Source: a virus. From it: 64,000 nt of DNA. The first letter of the stretch is position 1; the number at the start of each line of letters is the position of its first letter. The stretch lies in IMG/VR virus record IMGVR_UViG_3300020193_000003, one strand, 5' to 3'. Of this stretch, positions 1-10,109 are shown in pieces. A program made the translations under genes and the position numbers. A model generated the notes under the pieces. The model worked only from the letters and a program-made list of their open reading frames with translations. It had not been told where the DNA came from and searched no databases.

Positions 1-780
1 GGAGACGACCTCGAACAGCAAGCCACGGTACCTGTACTCCCTCCTGGGGTCGAAGTACCCGCCCTGGGTCAACTTGTAGTCCCTGTCGTCGTAGATGGCG
101 GTCAGCTCGGTCGTCATGCTCATCGAGTAGCTGACGCTGAGACTGAGGAGCCTCCCGGAGAGCATGTCCTGGTCCTCCAGCTCGAGGCCGGCCAAGGTGA
201 ACACCTCCGTGACGAACCGGGAATCCTTGGGTTGCACCAGCGATGGTTGGTTCGAGTAGTTCTTGGTTTCCCACGGCTTCAGGGTCGGGTCCTCGACGAG
301 GAATTTCGCGAGTCTCTCCTCCTCGAGGAGGTGCAGGGCGAACGCGTAGGCGTCCGCAAGGTACCTGACCTTCGTCTTGCCGTTGGGGAGTTTGAGCGCC
401 ACGGTCTTGCTGTCGAAAATCCCTAGGTGCAGGCCGTCCTTGAGGAACTTTTCCGTCGCCTGCTTTTCCGTGAGCACGAGCTGCTTCTCTATGTCCAGCG
501 ACGGCAGGACCACCATGACCTTCTGGCCCTCGAATCTGTCCTTCAGGGTCATCGGTCCGACGGTCACGGAGAGCACCGTCCCGTACTCGAAATCCTCCCC
601 TCTTTTCTTCGCCAGGGGGACGATGCGTTTCCCGTCGAGGCTCAGTTTGACGGGCCTCCTGCCGCCGAGGTTTATCGTTCCGTACTCCAGCGGCTCCGGG
701 ATGTTGATCTCAATGCCACTGTCCTCCTCGACGATCGTCTGGGGCGGGGTCGGGTAACCGGCGAATATCGGGGTGGGCAT
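1..780 (-). CDS. Partial (runs off window) tail/baseplate protein, possibly baseplate hub
   Basis: Not in the ORF track. ATG at 780-778 opens a stop-free frame (MPTPIFAGYPTPPQTIVEEDSG...LSVSYSMSMTTELTAIYDDRDY...) to base 1; second gene after the tape measure gene. Confidence 0.6.
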   Translation of the reverse strand, partial: MPTPIFAGYPTPPQTIVEEDSGIEINIPEPLEYGTINLGGRRPVKLSLDGKRIVPLAKKRGEDFEYGTVLSVTVGPMTLKDRFEGQKVMVVLPSLDIEKQLVLTEKQATEKFLKDGLHLGIFDSKTVALKLPNGKTKVRYLADAYAFALHLLEEERLAKFLVEDPTLKPWETKNYSNQPSLVQPKDSRFVTEVFTLAGLELEDQDMLSGRLLSLSVSYSMSMTTELTAIYDDRDYKLTQGGYFDPRREYRYRGLLFEVVS

Positions 781-789
781 CTGGGTCGC

Positions 790-1647
790 CTATTTCTTTT
801 CGACCGCTTTATAGTCTTTTTGGTCTTTCAAATCTCTGACCAGCGCGTTGAATAGACTCGAGGCTGTCCACGTGGCCTTGTTCCCAGCTGTTTTGAGGAG
901 GATGTCCCGCACATTGCTTTCCCCGCCGTATTGGGCGGAGAGCCTGTTCAGACTTGCTATGTACTCGCCCACAGATTCACCCTCTTCAAGTGCGAATCCA
1001 TTCTTGAGGGACTTGAAGAATTTTTCTATCACCCTGTGTGCGTTGCCTGGCCCCTGCGGCTCCCCCGGCTTGCCGGTTACCCCTTGTTTCTTGTCCCTGT
1101 AAGTGAACTTTGGCAGGGTGAGGAACCTCTCGAGCGTGTCGCTCGACTCCGTGCACGACATGCTCACCTGGGCGGAGACCGTCTGCCCGAGCTCGTTGAC
1201 CCGGGTCACCTGGACGGACATCGACTGTATCTTCCACGAGGCGACGGACCCGCCCATCATCTGGTGGACGTTGATGAATATGACCGAGTTGTCCTCGGCC
1301 GCGAAGTTCTGGAGGTTGGCCAGTTCGTCATCGACGGGGTTGCGCACGCCGTCGAGGTGCTTGGCCACGAGGAAGTCGAACGACACCTTCTGCAGCGAGC
1401 CGGCCGTCGGCTGCAGGATCGGCAGCTGCAGTGGTCGCGCGAGCTCGTCAAATTGCACCGCACCCACGTCGTGCGAGAAGTTGTTGAGGCCGAACGGGAA
1501 CTCAAACTCCAGGTCGCCGGCCACCTGCACCATCCTCGGGAGGTTGGCGACGCCACTGTTCGGCGACGTCGTGGGCGGGATGGCGTTCCTCTCCACGACG
1601 ACCTTCGTCGTCGCCGTGAATCTTTCCTTACGTCCTATGAGCGCCAT
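790..1647 (-). CDS. Tail tube initiator / baseplate-type protein
   Basis: 285 aa directly after the tape measure gene; beta-rich segment (FEFPFG...LARPLQLPILQ...WKIQSMSVQVTR...AQVSMSCTE) typical of tube-fold baseplate proteins. Confidence 0.55.
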   Translation of the reverse strand: MALIGRKERFTATTKVVVERNAIPPTTSPNSGVANLPRMVQVAGDLEFEFPFGLNNFSHDVGAVQFDELARPLQLPILQPTAGSLQKVSFDFLVAKHLDGVRNPVDDELANLQNFAAEDNSVIFINVHQMMGGSVASWKIQSMSVQVTRVNELGQTVSAQVSMSCTESSDTLERFLTLPKFTYRDKKQGVTGKPGEPQGPGNAHRVIEKFFKSLKNGFALEEGESVGEYIASLNRLSAQYGGESNVRDILLKTAGNKATWTASSLFNALVRDLKDQKDYKAVEKK

Positions 1648-4600
1648 TTAGGTTCTCTCCCTGTAGGCGCGTTGCTGCTGCTCGAGCGCGGCCACGACCT
1701 GACGGGCGATGGCGGTCTCCGACTGGCCCGGTGCCCCGTAGACGTTCAGGGTGACGTTCTGGTTCATGGTCCCGGCCGTCCCGGCGACGAGGCTTGACCG
1801 CGGGGTTCTGGTGTTGCCGATCGGCGGGACGACGTGCAGGTGCCTGCTGCCGGCCCAGCCGTGGAACTCGGCGAAGCCCCCGGCGTTCGAGATCATCTTC
1901 TGGTACTGGCCGAGGTTGTCCCCGGTCAGGTCGTAGGCCCTCCCGGCGGCGTGGTCGGAGCTCATGGACCAGAGGTTGTCGAAGCGGAGCGCACTGGTGA
2001 CGGTCCGCTTCCCCGTCAGCAAAGAGTTGAACTTTGCGTGGGCCGCCATCGTCCCCCTGAGCGCCCTGGAAGTCGGGGTGTCCCCGACCCGACCCCTGCG
2101 AGGGGATCTGGTGTCGCCCTCCACCAGTTTCAGCGTGTTTCCCGTTGCCTGCCACGTGTAGTTCTTCATGTCGCCCCACCACTTCGGGGCTTCGCCCTCC
2201 CAGATTTCTGGCTTGTTGTCGAAGGCCGTCGTGATCGCGTTGCCTATTTCCTCGGCAAATTTCTTCGCATTTTGGTTCCACACGAGTCCGACGTCTCCCG
2301 CTACCTCGTAGACCTTGGAGGTCTCCGTGGCGAAAATCCCTTCGTCCAGCCGATCGGCACCAACACCAAGACCGGTCGGCTTCATAATTGCGGCTACCAG
2401 CGCCTTTCCGGCTGGGCCGACCTTCGACAGCTTGTCCAGATTGAGATTTCCGCCCTTGTCCAGTAATTGGCCCGTGCTGATGAAATTGAGGAGGTTCGTC
2501 TTCTCCTGGTCGCCAAATTTTTCGTCCCCGAAGATTTGGGTGATGATGCCCTTGAGCCTGTCGGCCGCTCCGAGGTTCTTGAACACGAACCCTTGCTCGG
2601 CCATGCCCCCCAAAATCTGTTGCATGCCGAGGCCCGAGATTTGCGATAGTTGCGTTTCGTACGCCGTTTGGGCCTCTGCCTGACCCTCGTTGGCGAACGA
2701 ACCGAGCAGACCCGCGTCCATCTTTCCGAAAGCTCCCAGATTTCCCTGAGCGAAATCTCTGGTCGCCGAGAGAACGGCGAACAGGTTGTCGGGGTTGTCC
2801 GCCTGCGTGCTGGAGACGAGCAGCCTGGCGTAATCCCTGAAGTCGTCCATCGTGGCCGTTCCGCCCAGGCCCATCAGCCTCTCCTTGCTGGCAGTGAACG
2901 CCTGAACTTCCGCTCGCCTCTTGATCGATTCGTCGAACACGTTCAGCGACGCCGTGCCGATGTCCCTGATCGCCACTTTCATCTCGTCGACGGTCTTGCG
3001 AGTGACGAGGCCCAGCGCCCCGATCTGCTCGGTGAGCGATTTCGTCGGGTCGCCCAGGTCCACGTCCATCTTGGACCCGAGCGCCATGATCTCCTGCTCG
3101 GTCTTCCCGGTCATCTTGGCAAGGTGCCGGACCACGAAATTGCCGCGCTTCATCATGATGTCTGCGACCTCAAACCTGCCGAGACCCTCCTCGGGGAGGA
3201 ACAGCTCGCCCCTTGCGCTTTTGCCCCTCGTCCCGCCCTCCGTGCCGCGCGCAAAGAAGTCCTCGGCCCTTCGTATCCTGGTGTTGGCGACTCTTTCGCC
3301 CGCTTCGTTGATCCTGAATCCGAGATTTTCTTCCTGGAACCCCGCCACCATGGCGTCAAAACTTTTCATCGCCTTGGTGTCGCCACCTTCCGCCTGCTTG
3401 AGGTACTCCTTCATCTTTTTGTATTCCGACTTCTTCATCACGCCGGTGTTCCTCATTCCCTTGAGGATCGTGGATCTGCTGGCGTTGAGGGCCATGTCCA
3501 TTGCGAGAAGTTCGGAAGGCAGCGTTGACGTCGGCATATTCGCAATTTCTCGGTTGCCCGCGACTAGGGTTCCAATGCCCATTTCGGAGATCATCTTCTG
3601 CTGCTTGTCGATCTGGCTGATCCCTCTCTGGAAGCTGCTCCCCCCCGTGGCCTGGACCAACCTGCCCGTTTTCGGGTCGACCCTCGCGCCGACCATGGCC
3701 GCGACGATCTGACCGCTCATTCTTTCGCCGATGCCGGCACCGATCTTTTTGGCCTCCCTCTCGCGGTTGCCCTGCGCCCTGAAGTAGCCGACGATGCCGC
3801 CGATCAGCGCCGAGCCCCCGATGATCGCGGCCTTGGCGACCGGACCAGAAAGTCCAAAGACGGGGCCGAGCGTGTCGGAGATCGTCTTTCCGACGGCGGC
3901 GCCGGCGAGCGCCCCGCCCATCATGGACTTGCCCGTGCTTGTCGATTTCATCAGCGTCAGACCGGCGGCGATTCCCATTCCTCGGGCCCCGAACATCGCC
4001 CCGATTCCGAGGGCGTTGTTGGCGGCCGACCGCATGTCCTTGTCGCCGATCTTTTCCGTCACCCCCGTGGAAAGGAGCATGCCGCCCATCAACCCCATCA
4101 TCGGGTTGAACGTTTTGCGCATGCTCGCCTGGGCGCTCTCGCCCAAGCCCTTGAACATGGCGCCGGTGCGACCCTTGAACTGCTGCCTCGCGAACGCCCG
4201 TTCCGCCGCCCTCTTGGATTTGCCGCCGTCGTCCCTAATTTTGCCAGTTTCCTTGTCGACCCACTTTCCCGCGCCCTGCCTGTCCTTCTCCAACATCTCG
4301 TTGAACGCCGTCAACCTCGCCGTCTGCAGCGCGGTGGCTTGAAAGGGAGCCAAATCTCCCAACCCCATCCCAGCGGCGCCAGCGGCTAGTCGCGCCTGTT
4401 CCAAATCGGCCCCCATCCTCTTGCCGCTGAGGGTCTTGAAAATGCTCTCCCTCGTGACGGGACCCGTGCTCACGCCGTCGAAGGACCCCTGTATGGTGCC
4501 GCCACGCAAGAACTCCCTGAGGGTGCCCTTCCCGTACATGAGGTCCCTCTGGGCGTTCCGCATTTTCATGTGCTGCTCGACGACGGGGGCCTGTGCCGCC

Positions 4601-6855
4601 GCAATCAACTTGGCTTGCTTGTCCGCGGGGAGCATCATGAACGCCGCCGGACCGGCGGCGCCACCACGGCCGACGTAGGTGTTTCTGACATTTTGTTCGG
4701 CTGCTGCCAAATTGTTCCTCAGATTCACCGAGTTGAGGTCGCCACGATCTATAGCGTTGAATGCCTTATCGCCTAACATGTAGGCTCGGTACGCCCCCAG
4801 GTCGGCGAAACCGGTCCTCTCAAAGCCGTTGCTCGCGAACGCCCGCACGTTTTTCCCGAGACCCATCATCTCCGCACCCTTGACCAAGGTTCTGTCGTAA
4901 ACGAAAGTACCCGGGTCGTGGTACGACCTTCCCGCATCCTTCATGTTCTGGACATAGGCCACGTTGGCCGCGACCTCGGCTGGGGTCAGCCTCATGGTGG
5001 CGGCGTTACCCGTGTACCTTGACCTCGAGAACATAGCCGGGATGCCGCCGAACATGCTCCGGGGGGAATTACGCGCCCCGTAGACCGATGCCTGGTTCGT
5101 CAGGTCCTTGACCGTTCCGCCGCCGCCGCCCCTGCGCATCCTGTAGGCCGTCCTGCTTCCCTTGAACCCGCCGAACATCAGGCCGAGGGTGAAGAGCGTG
5201 CCGATGCCCGGTCCGAGACCGCCTCCGACCGTTCCGCTGGGTCCGCCTCCGGATCCGCCCATGCCGAGGAACCCCCCACCGCCCCCCAGTTTGAACGTTC
5301 CGATCCCCCTCACGAGTGACGCCATCCCGTTGATCAGTTTGGTGAGGATGTTCACGATCGAGGTGAGCACGGGCAGGGCCTCGGTGAAGGCGACCTTGAG
5401 CGCGGCGAACCAGTCGCCTATGGCGAAGATCAGCCTCTCGAGGGCGCTCCCCCAGGCCTTGAACTGCTCCTCGTTGTCCTCGGCGAGGTAGCCGAGCTGC
5501 TCGGCGTTCCTGCCGAAGATCCTGAATATGGCGAGCAGCGGACCCTTGAATGTCTCGGTGATTATCCGCGACCCCTCGCGGAACTTCTCAAGGGAGTTCT
5601 TGAACTGGTTGAACGACTTCATGAACGAGGCCGACGTCCTCTTGAACCACTGCGACGCTCCGAACAGCATCGGCAGGTACTTCCTGACGAGGGTGACGGA
5701 GAATTTCTCGAGCGCGTTGCCTATCGTCGTGATCGCCGGGAACAGCTTGTTCTTCCCGAAGAAGGTGAACTCCGGCGCCAGTCTCGCGAACATGTTGCGC
5801 ACGTTCTTGAACAGCCCGTCCAGCACCCTTCGCGCGTCGTTGAGGAACTGTTCTCCGAAGTCGGCCATGTCCGTCGCGAGGGCGACGGTTATCTGCTTGA
5901 ACTGCGCGACGAGTGTCCCCTTCATCGACCCGAACTCGCCGCTGACGCCCGCCTGCTGGGCGAGCTTGCCGCTCGCCATGGACGCCATGATGCTCGCCGC
6001 GTCCTTGCCCTTCGACTTCTTTATCGCCTCCGCGAACTCCTTGCTGACCCCCGACGCGGCCGTGCTCGCCTTGCCGGTGACCTTGCCCTCCTTCTGCAGT
6101 ATCGCGACGAAGTTCGCCATCGCCTGGAACGACTTGGCCTGGTCCTGCGACCTGGCGGTGAAGTCCATGGCGCCGGACAGCGCCTTGGTCTGCGCCCCGG
6201 TGACCCTGCCCTGCTGGGACATCGCCTTGTACGCCTGCGTCAGGTTCATGACGCCCATCGTCGCGAGGTTGGTGTCGGTGTACAGCCCCCTCATCGCGGC
6301 CGCCGCCGCCCCGGTCGCCGAGCCGTAGACGTTGGCGCCCTTGTACTGCCATGCCGAAGCCGCGGCGTTGAACTCCCTGAACGCCGCCACCGCAGTCGTC
6401 GCGGCCACGGCCACCGTGGCCAGCGCGGCTCCGACGGCTCCGAGGGCGAGGTTGTACCCCTTGGCCACTATCTTGCCGGCCTTGAACAACAGGTTGACCG
6501 ACGCGAGCGTCGCCGCCGTTATCACGAACTCGGCGGCGAGGGCGATCAATTGGAAGAAGAGCAGTCTCGCCGCCTTCTTGAAAAAACCCATCACCCTCGC
6601 GCCCGCGGTAAGGTTCTTCTGGAGTCTCTTGCCGGAGTTGTCCAGCGCCGAGAATCTCTTCCTCATCGCGGCCATCGGCTCGTCGGCTTCCCTGGCCGTC
6701 CTCGACATCCGCCTCGTCGATTCCCTGAACCTGTCGCCGGATTCGCTCGCGCGATCGGCCGCCTCGGAGAACGCCTGTATCTCGGCGAGGACCTGCGCCA
6801 TGTCGCGGCGGTTCGCCTCGAAATCTATGCGTATTGTGACTATTTCGTCGGGCAA
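1648..6855 (-). CDS. Tail tape measure protein with C-terminal M15-like peptidoglycan peptidase domain
   Basis: 1735 aa, Ala/Gly-rich and helical with hydrophobic stretches, downstream of the chaperone genes; C-terminal SDHAAGRAYD...HLHV motif. Confidence 0.9.
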   Translation of the reverse strand: MPDEIVTIRIDFEANRRDMAQVLAEIQAFSEAADRASESGDRFRESTRRMSRTAREADEPMAAMRKRFSALDNSGKRLQKNLTAGARVMGFFKKAARLLFFQLIALAAEFVITAATLASVNLLFKAGKIVAKGYNLALGAVGAALATVAVAATTAVAAFREFNAAASAWQYKGANVYGSATGAAAAAMRGLYTDTNLATMGVMNLTQAYKAMSQQGRVTGAQTKALSGAMDFTARSQDQAKSFQAMANFVAILQKEGKVTGKASTAASGVSKEFAEAIKKSKGKDAASIMASMASGKLAQQAGVSGEFGSMKGTLVAQFKQITVALATDMADFGEQFLNDARRVLDGLFKNVRNMFARLAPEFTFFGKNKLFPAITTIGNALEKFSVTLVRKYLPMLFGASQWFKRTSASFMKSFNQFKNSLEKFREGSRIITETFKGPLLAIFRIFGRNAEQLGYLAEDNEEQFKAWGSALERLIFAIGDWFAALKVAFTEALPVLTSIVNILTKLINGMASLVRGIGTFKLGGGGGFLGMGGSGGGPSGTVGGGLGPGIGTLFTLGLMFGGFKGSRTAYRMRRGGGGGTVKDLTNQASVYGARNSPRSMFGGIPAMFSRSRYTGNAATMRLTPAEVAANVAYVQNMKDAGRSYHDPGTFVYDRTLVKGAEMMGLGKNVRAFASNGFERTGFADLGAYRAYMLGDKAFNAIDRGDLNSVNLRNNLAAAEQNVRNTYVGRGGAAGPAAFMMLPADKQAKLIAAAQAPVVEQHMKMRNAQRDLMYGKGTLREFLRGGTIQGSFDGVSTGPVTRESIFKTLSGKRMGADLEQARLAAGAAGMGLGDLAPFQATALQTARLTAFNEMLEKDRQGAGKWVDKETGKIRDDGGKSKRAAERAFARQQFKGRTGAMFKGLGESAQASMRKTFNPMMGLMGGMLLSTGVTEKIGDKDMRSAANNALGIGAMFGARGMGIAAGLTLMKSTSTGKSMMGGALAGAAVGKTISDTLGPVFGLSGPVAKAAIIGGSALIGGIVGYFRAQGNREREAKKIGAGIGERMSGQIVAAMVGARVDPKTGRLVQATGGSSFQRGISQIDKQQKMISEMGIGTLVAGNREIANMPTSTLPSELLAMDMALNASRSTILKGMRNTGVMKKSEYKKMKEYLKQAEGGDTKAMKSFDAMVAGFQEENLGFRINEAGERVANTRIRRAEDFFARGTEGGTRGKSARGELFLPEEGLGRFEVADIMMKRGNFVVRHLAKMTGKTEQEIMALGSKMDVDLGDPTKSLTEQIGALGLVTRKTVDEMKVAIRDIGTASLNVFDESIKRRAEVQAFTASKERLMGLGGTATMDDFRDYARLLVSSTQADNPDNLFAVLSATRDFAQGNLGAFGKMDAGLLGSFANEGQAEAQTAYETQLSQISGLGMQQILGGMAEQGFVFKNLGAADRLKGIITQIFGDEKFGDQEKTNLLNFISTGQLLDKGGNLNLDKLSKVGPAGKALVAAIMKPTGLGVGADRLDEGIFATETSKVYEVAGDVGLVWNQNAKKFAEEIGNAITTAFDNKPEIWEGEAPKWWGDMKNYTWQATGNTLKLVEGDTRSPRRGRVGDTPTSRALRGTMAAHAKFNSLLTGKRTVTSALRFDNLWSMSSDHAAGRAYDLTGDNLGQYQKMISNAGGFAEFHGWAGSRHLHVVPPIGNTRTPRSSLVAGTAGTMNQNVTLNVYGAPGQSETAIARQVVAALEQQQRAYRERT

Positions 6856-6885
6856 GATCGGCTCCCAGCAATCGGGCTTCCCGGA

Positions 6886-7086
6886 CTAGCCAGAGTTATC
6901 CGCTTCTTTTCGTTCCCTCTCGCGGTCCGCAGATATAACTTTAGCACAGGCGTATCTGACCAGCCACTCGTGCAGCGAGGAGTCAAGCAACCTGACGGGG
7001 TCCGTACCCCATAGCTCCCCTAATCGAGCGGCGGCTACGACGCGGTTGTCTTCCGACAACTCCTCGATTAGTTCTTCGTAGGGTTT
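6886..7086 (-). CDS. Frameshift extension of tail assembly chaperone (lambda gpGT-like)
   Basis: Slippery heptamer A AAC CCT (7086-7080); the -1 frame reads PYEELIEELSEDNRVVAAARLGELWGTDPVRLLDSS...EADNSG* to TAG at 6888-6886. Confidence 0.75.
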   Translation of the reverse strand, partial: KPYEELIEELSEDNRVVAAARLGELWGTDPVRLLDSSLHEWLVRYACAKVISADRERERKEADNSG

Positions 7087-7562
7087 TCCGTTGACTCAGC
7101 CTGGATCGTGTCGCCGAAACCGCAGGCGTCGATTATCGCCAGCGCGGCGGCCTCGACGTGCGCGTCGATGCCGAAGAATTTCTGCACGCAGTCCGGGATC
7201 GCCTTGTCGGTGCCCGTCATCTCCAGGATCGGCTTGGATGCGAACCCGACCGGCCACGAGTCGTCGAGGACCTCCTCGCCCTGCAGGAAGACGCCCTTGG
7301 TCGAGTGGGCGACGACGGTGCAGGCGAACTTGGTCGCGTCGAGACCCTTCTGTGTCTCGCTGCCGCACTGCTTCTGCCAGTTGCGGATCTGGGCTTGCGT
7401 GAGGTTCGGGCTGACGAGCAGCTTGACGCCGGGTCGCTCGGGGACCTCGATGTACACCCTCGGTCTCTCCACCTTCTTGGCAATGACGGCCTTCAGCTGG
7501 TCGAGCAGGGTTGGTTCTTGAGCGTTTGTTGGTTGCATGTTTGCTGGTGTGATTTCGTCCAT
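7068..7562 (-). CDS. Tail assembly chaperone
   Basis: 164 aa between tube and tape measure genes, ending just after a slippery site. Confidence 0.8.
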   Translation of the reverse strand: MDEITPANMQPTNAQEPTLLDQLKAVIAKKVERPRVYIEVPERPGVKLLVSPNLTQAQIRNWQKQCGSETQKGLDATKFACTVVAHSTKGVFLQGEEVLDDSWPVGFASKPILEMTGTDKAIPDCVQKFFGIDAHVEAAALAIIDACGFGDTIQAESTENPTKN

Positions 7563-7657
7563 GTTGGAAACCTAGCACATCGGATCCGTTGGCGGCGCAA
7601 CCCCCCGACGATTTACGGGGCTGCTTTATTATCTAGGGTAATTGGACTGCGGAACGC

Positions 7658-8104
7658 CTACGCCTGGATGTTCAGCGGAACGGGTCCGCCCTGGATGGAG
7701 AAGGTCATGGCGTAGGTGGCCGGTGCCCCCGACGACGCGTCGCCGTCCGGCTCGGTGAGCCCGACGAGAAGGGCGTTGTTGTACTGCCTGTCGGCCTTCT
7801 GATCCTCGATGTCGCAGTTGACCTTGTGGATGTAGATGTTGTAGAAGATCCTGCCTATGTGCTGGCGGGCGACGTTCAGGTGCACCCTGTCCGCGTCGTC
7901 GTAGTGCCTGGTCAGCGTGATGTCCCCGACCTCGGATGGGGCGCAGAGGAGTTCCGGGAACTTGCCCCCGCCCACGTAGATCTTCTCCACGGCGGCCGTG
8001 ATCTCCCCGCCGGACACCTGGGCAAAGAAGTTCTGGAAGGCGGGGGCGATCGCTCCGACCGGCTCAAGCTTCGCCAGTATCTGTCGCTGCGTGTATTTTG
8101 CCAT
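7658..8104 (-). CDS. Tail tube protein
   Basis: 148 aa directly after the sheath gene; FAQVSGGEIT...GDITLTR...TYAMTFSI pattern of T4 gp19-like tubes. Confidence 0.85.
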   Translation of the reverse strand: MAKYTQRQILAKLEPVGAIAPAFQNFFAQVSGGEITAAVEKIYVGGGKFPELLCAPSEVGDITLTRHYDDADRVHLNVARQHIGRIFYNIYIHKVNCDIEDQKADRQYNNALLVGLTEPDGDASSGAPATYAMTFSIQGGPVPLNIQA

Positions 8105-8119
8105 GGTTTAGTCCTCCGA

Positions 8120-9580
8120 CTAGGCTAGTGATGACGTGATGTTGGACTTGGAAATCTCGACCTCGATCGTCTCACCGATGGACGAGATCCTGACTCCGAC
8201 CCTCGCCTTGACCGTCCCGGTGGCGAGTTGAGTGACTGGGTTCAGCTGCGCGTTGACCGTGACCTTGTAGCCCGGGTCCAGCTGCTTGCCTGAGGCCAGG
8301 AACTTGGGGAACAGCGCGCCCGCCGTCGCCAGCGGGTCGAGGATGCCGTAGAGCACCGATTCCACCTCGGCGAACAACGATCCGCGGCCGTCGATGACGT
8401 TGAACACGAGTCGCTCCAGTCTCTCCTCGGCCTGCGAGGTGATGTAGTTCAGTATCTCCCTGGCCGTGATGAACCTGAAGTTTTCCGTGTCCGAGGATGC
8501 AGACCTCGCTCCGTAGATCCTGACGTCTCCGTTGATGACCCTGATCGGGTTCACGAAACCGTCGTTGAGCGTGTTGGATTCCGCCCCGGTGACCGTGTGG
8601 TACGTCCCGAGGGCGAAGGATGAGTTGGTCAGCGATCCGGCGTACGCCGTCCACGGGCCGAGCTCGTTGTGCAGCTTCGCCCTCTTCGCGGCGACGAAAC
8701 CCTCGCACGGGACGGAGAGGACGAGGCCGTTCCTCGTGATCTTGACCCACGGGTAGTACCAGGCGGCGTACTCGGCGCCCTCGTACTCGCTGTGATCGGC
8801 CGCTTCCTGCACCGATTCCGCAACGGTGTTCTCCCTGTCGAATCCGAGCAGGGCGACCCTGTGGGTGTCCACGGCGTGGTCGGTTAGCCCCTCCCAGATG
8901 GTCGTGCCATACAGACCGGGCAGGCAGACCGATCCGGTGCCGAGCGTGTTGGTGAATGCACCGAGCGCCGTCACGTATTGCGCCGAGGTTGGCGCACTAC
9001 CCGCGGCACCGCCCGAGAACGACACGCCGGCCGCCACGGCTGGAATTCCCGCCCCAGCGCCGACAGTCGCCGTCACGTAAAGCGAGGCCACAGCGCTGTT
9101 GTTGATCTCCTCGACCGCGTCTTCCTTGTTTGTCAGCACGGGGGTCGAATAGACGACCACGTCGTCAAGCAGGATCCTGACCCTGAAAGTCTGGCTGGCT
9201 GTCGGTTGCGTCACCTCGGCCTCGAGCTGGGTGTTGGCCCAGGTTCCCTCGCCCGATGCGGTGAGGGTAAGGACGGTTGCGGGCGTTGCGGCGGAGTTGT
9301 TCAAACTTGCCGTCGCGGCTGTCGCGCCTGTCCCGATTGCCCTAGAGACGTAGGCCCTTGAGCCACCCTCCTCGAAGAAGGTCTGGAGCGTCTGGTGGAC
9401 GTATCCACTAGATGTGTAGCCCCCGTAGATGTCCTCAAATTGATCGAGGCTCTGAACCAAGAACGCGGATCCCTCTGGTCCGCGGGTTGTCACACCGGCG
9501 ACGAAGAGCGTTGAAGTTGGCGAGACTGTCAGCGTTGACGGACCACTGACTACCGATGTCGTTAGGATTACTCCAGGCAT
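8120..9580 (-). CDS. Contractile tail sheath protein
   Basis: MPGV start, FFEEGGSRAYVSR, AAWYYPWV, VNPIRVINGDVRIYGARS, FITAREILNYI are sheath-family motifs. Confidence 0.95.
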   Translation of the reverse strand: MPGVILTTSVVSGPSTLTVSPTSTLFVAGVTTRGPEGSAFLVQSLDQFEDIYGGYTSSGYVHQTLQTFFEEGGSRAYVSRAIGTGATAATASLNNSAATPATVLTLTASGEGTWANTQLEAEVTQPTASQTFRVRILLDDVVVYSTPVLTNKEDAVEEINNSAVASLYVTATVGAGAGIPAVAAGVSFSGGAAGSAPTSAQYVTALGAFTNTLGTGSVCLPGLYGTTIWEGLTDHAVDTHRVALLGFDRENTVAESVQEAADHSEYEGAEYAAWYYPWVKITRNGLVLSVPCEGFVAAKRAKLHNELGPWTAYAGSLTNSSFALGTYHTVTGAESNTLNDGFVNPIRVINGDVRIYGARSASSDTENFRFITAREILNYITSQAEERLERLVFNVIDGRGSLFAEVESVLYGILDPLATAGALFPKFLASGKQLDPGYKVTVNAQLNPVTQLATGTVKARVGVRISSIGETIEVEISKSNITSSLA

Positions 9581-9659
9581 TTACGGTCCTCCGATGCGGG
9601 GGTTTTGTTCACTACGAATAATAGCATTCAGACTGCTTTATAGGTTACACGTTTTGAAA

Positions 9660-10109
9660 TTAGCCATTTTTGTCGTCGCTGGACGCCGCTGGCCGAATCG
9701 CATCCGACGGGGAACCGGTGCCGATGTCTGAAGAGGTTGATTTATCCGGTGCCTCGCTGGCTGCGTCTGCCTCCCGCGGCCACCCCACTGCTGGCCGCTC
9801 GTCAGAAACGACGGGGGCAGCAGGGGCCTCTTCCGAGGGCTTGGATTTTGGGGCAGCCTTCTTCTTGGGCGTCTTGTCTCCGCCCTCGCCCGCTTGTGCG
9901 CCGTTCAATTCCAGGAGGGAACCCCTAGAGATGGCCTTTTTGACCGAGCGACACGATCCGACGACGTATGCCCTATCCCCGGGCAACAGCCAGTCGCCAT
10001 CGTCGCTGGCGAGCACCGCCGTGGAGGTGCAGTTGCTCACCAGCACGTGGCCTGGTTCGGCGAGGGGGTTGTCCCCGCTCGCATCGTTCAGCAAGATGAA
10101 TTTTTTCAT
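9660..10109 (-). CDS. Hypothetical protein with low-complexity C-terminus
   Basis: 149-aa ORF abutting the upstream neck gene on the coding strand. Confidence 0.6.
   Translation of the reverse strand: MKKFILLNDASGDNPLAEPGHVLVSNCTSTAVLASDDGDWLLPGDRAYVVGSCRSVKKAISRGSLLELNGAQAGEGGDKTPKKKAAPKSKPSEEAPAAPVVSDERPAVGWPREADAASEAPDKSTSSDIGTGSPSDAIRPAASSDDKNG

Noticed and set aside
7658-9580. Extracellular contractile injection system or tailocin
   Set aside because: Terminase, portal and prohead protease are present, so this is a phage.
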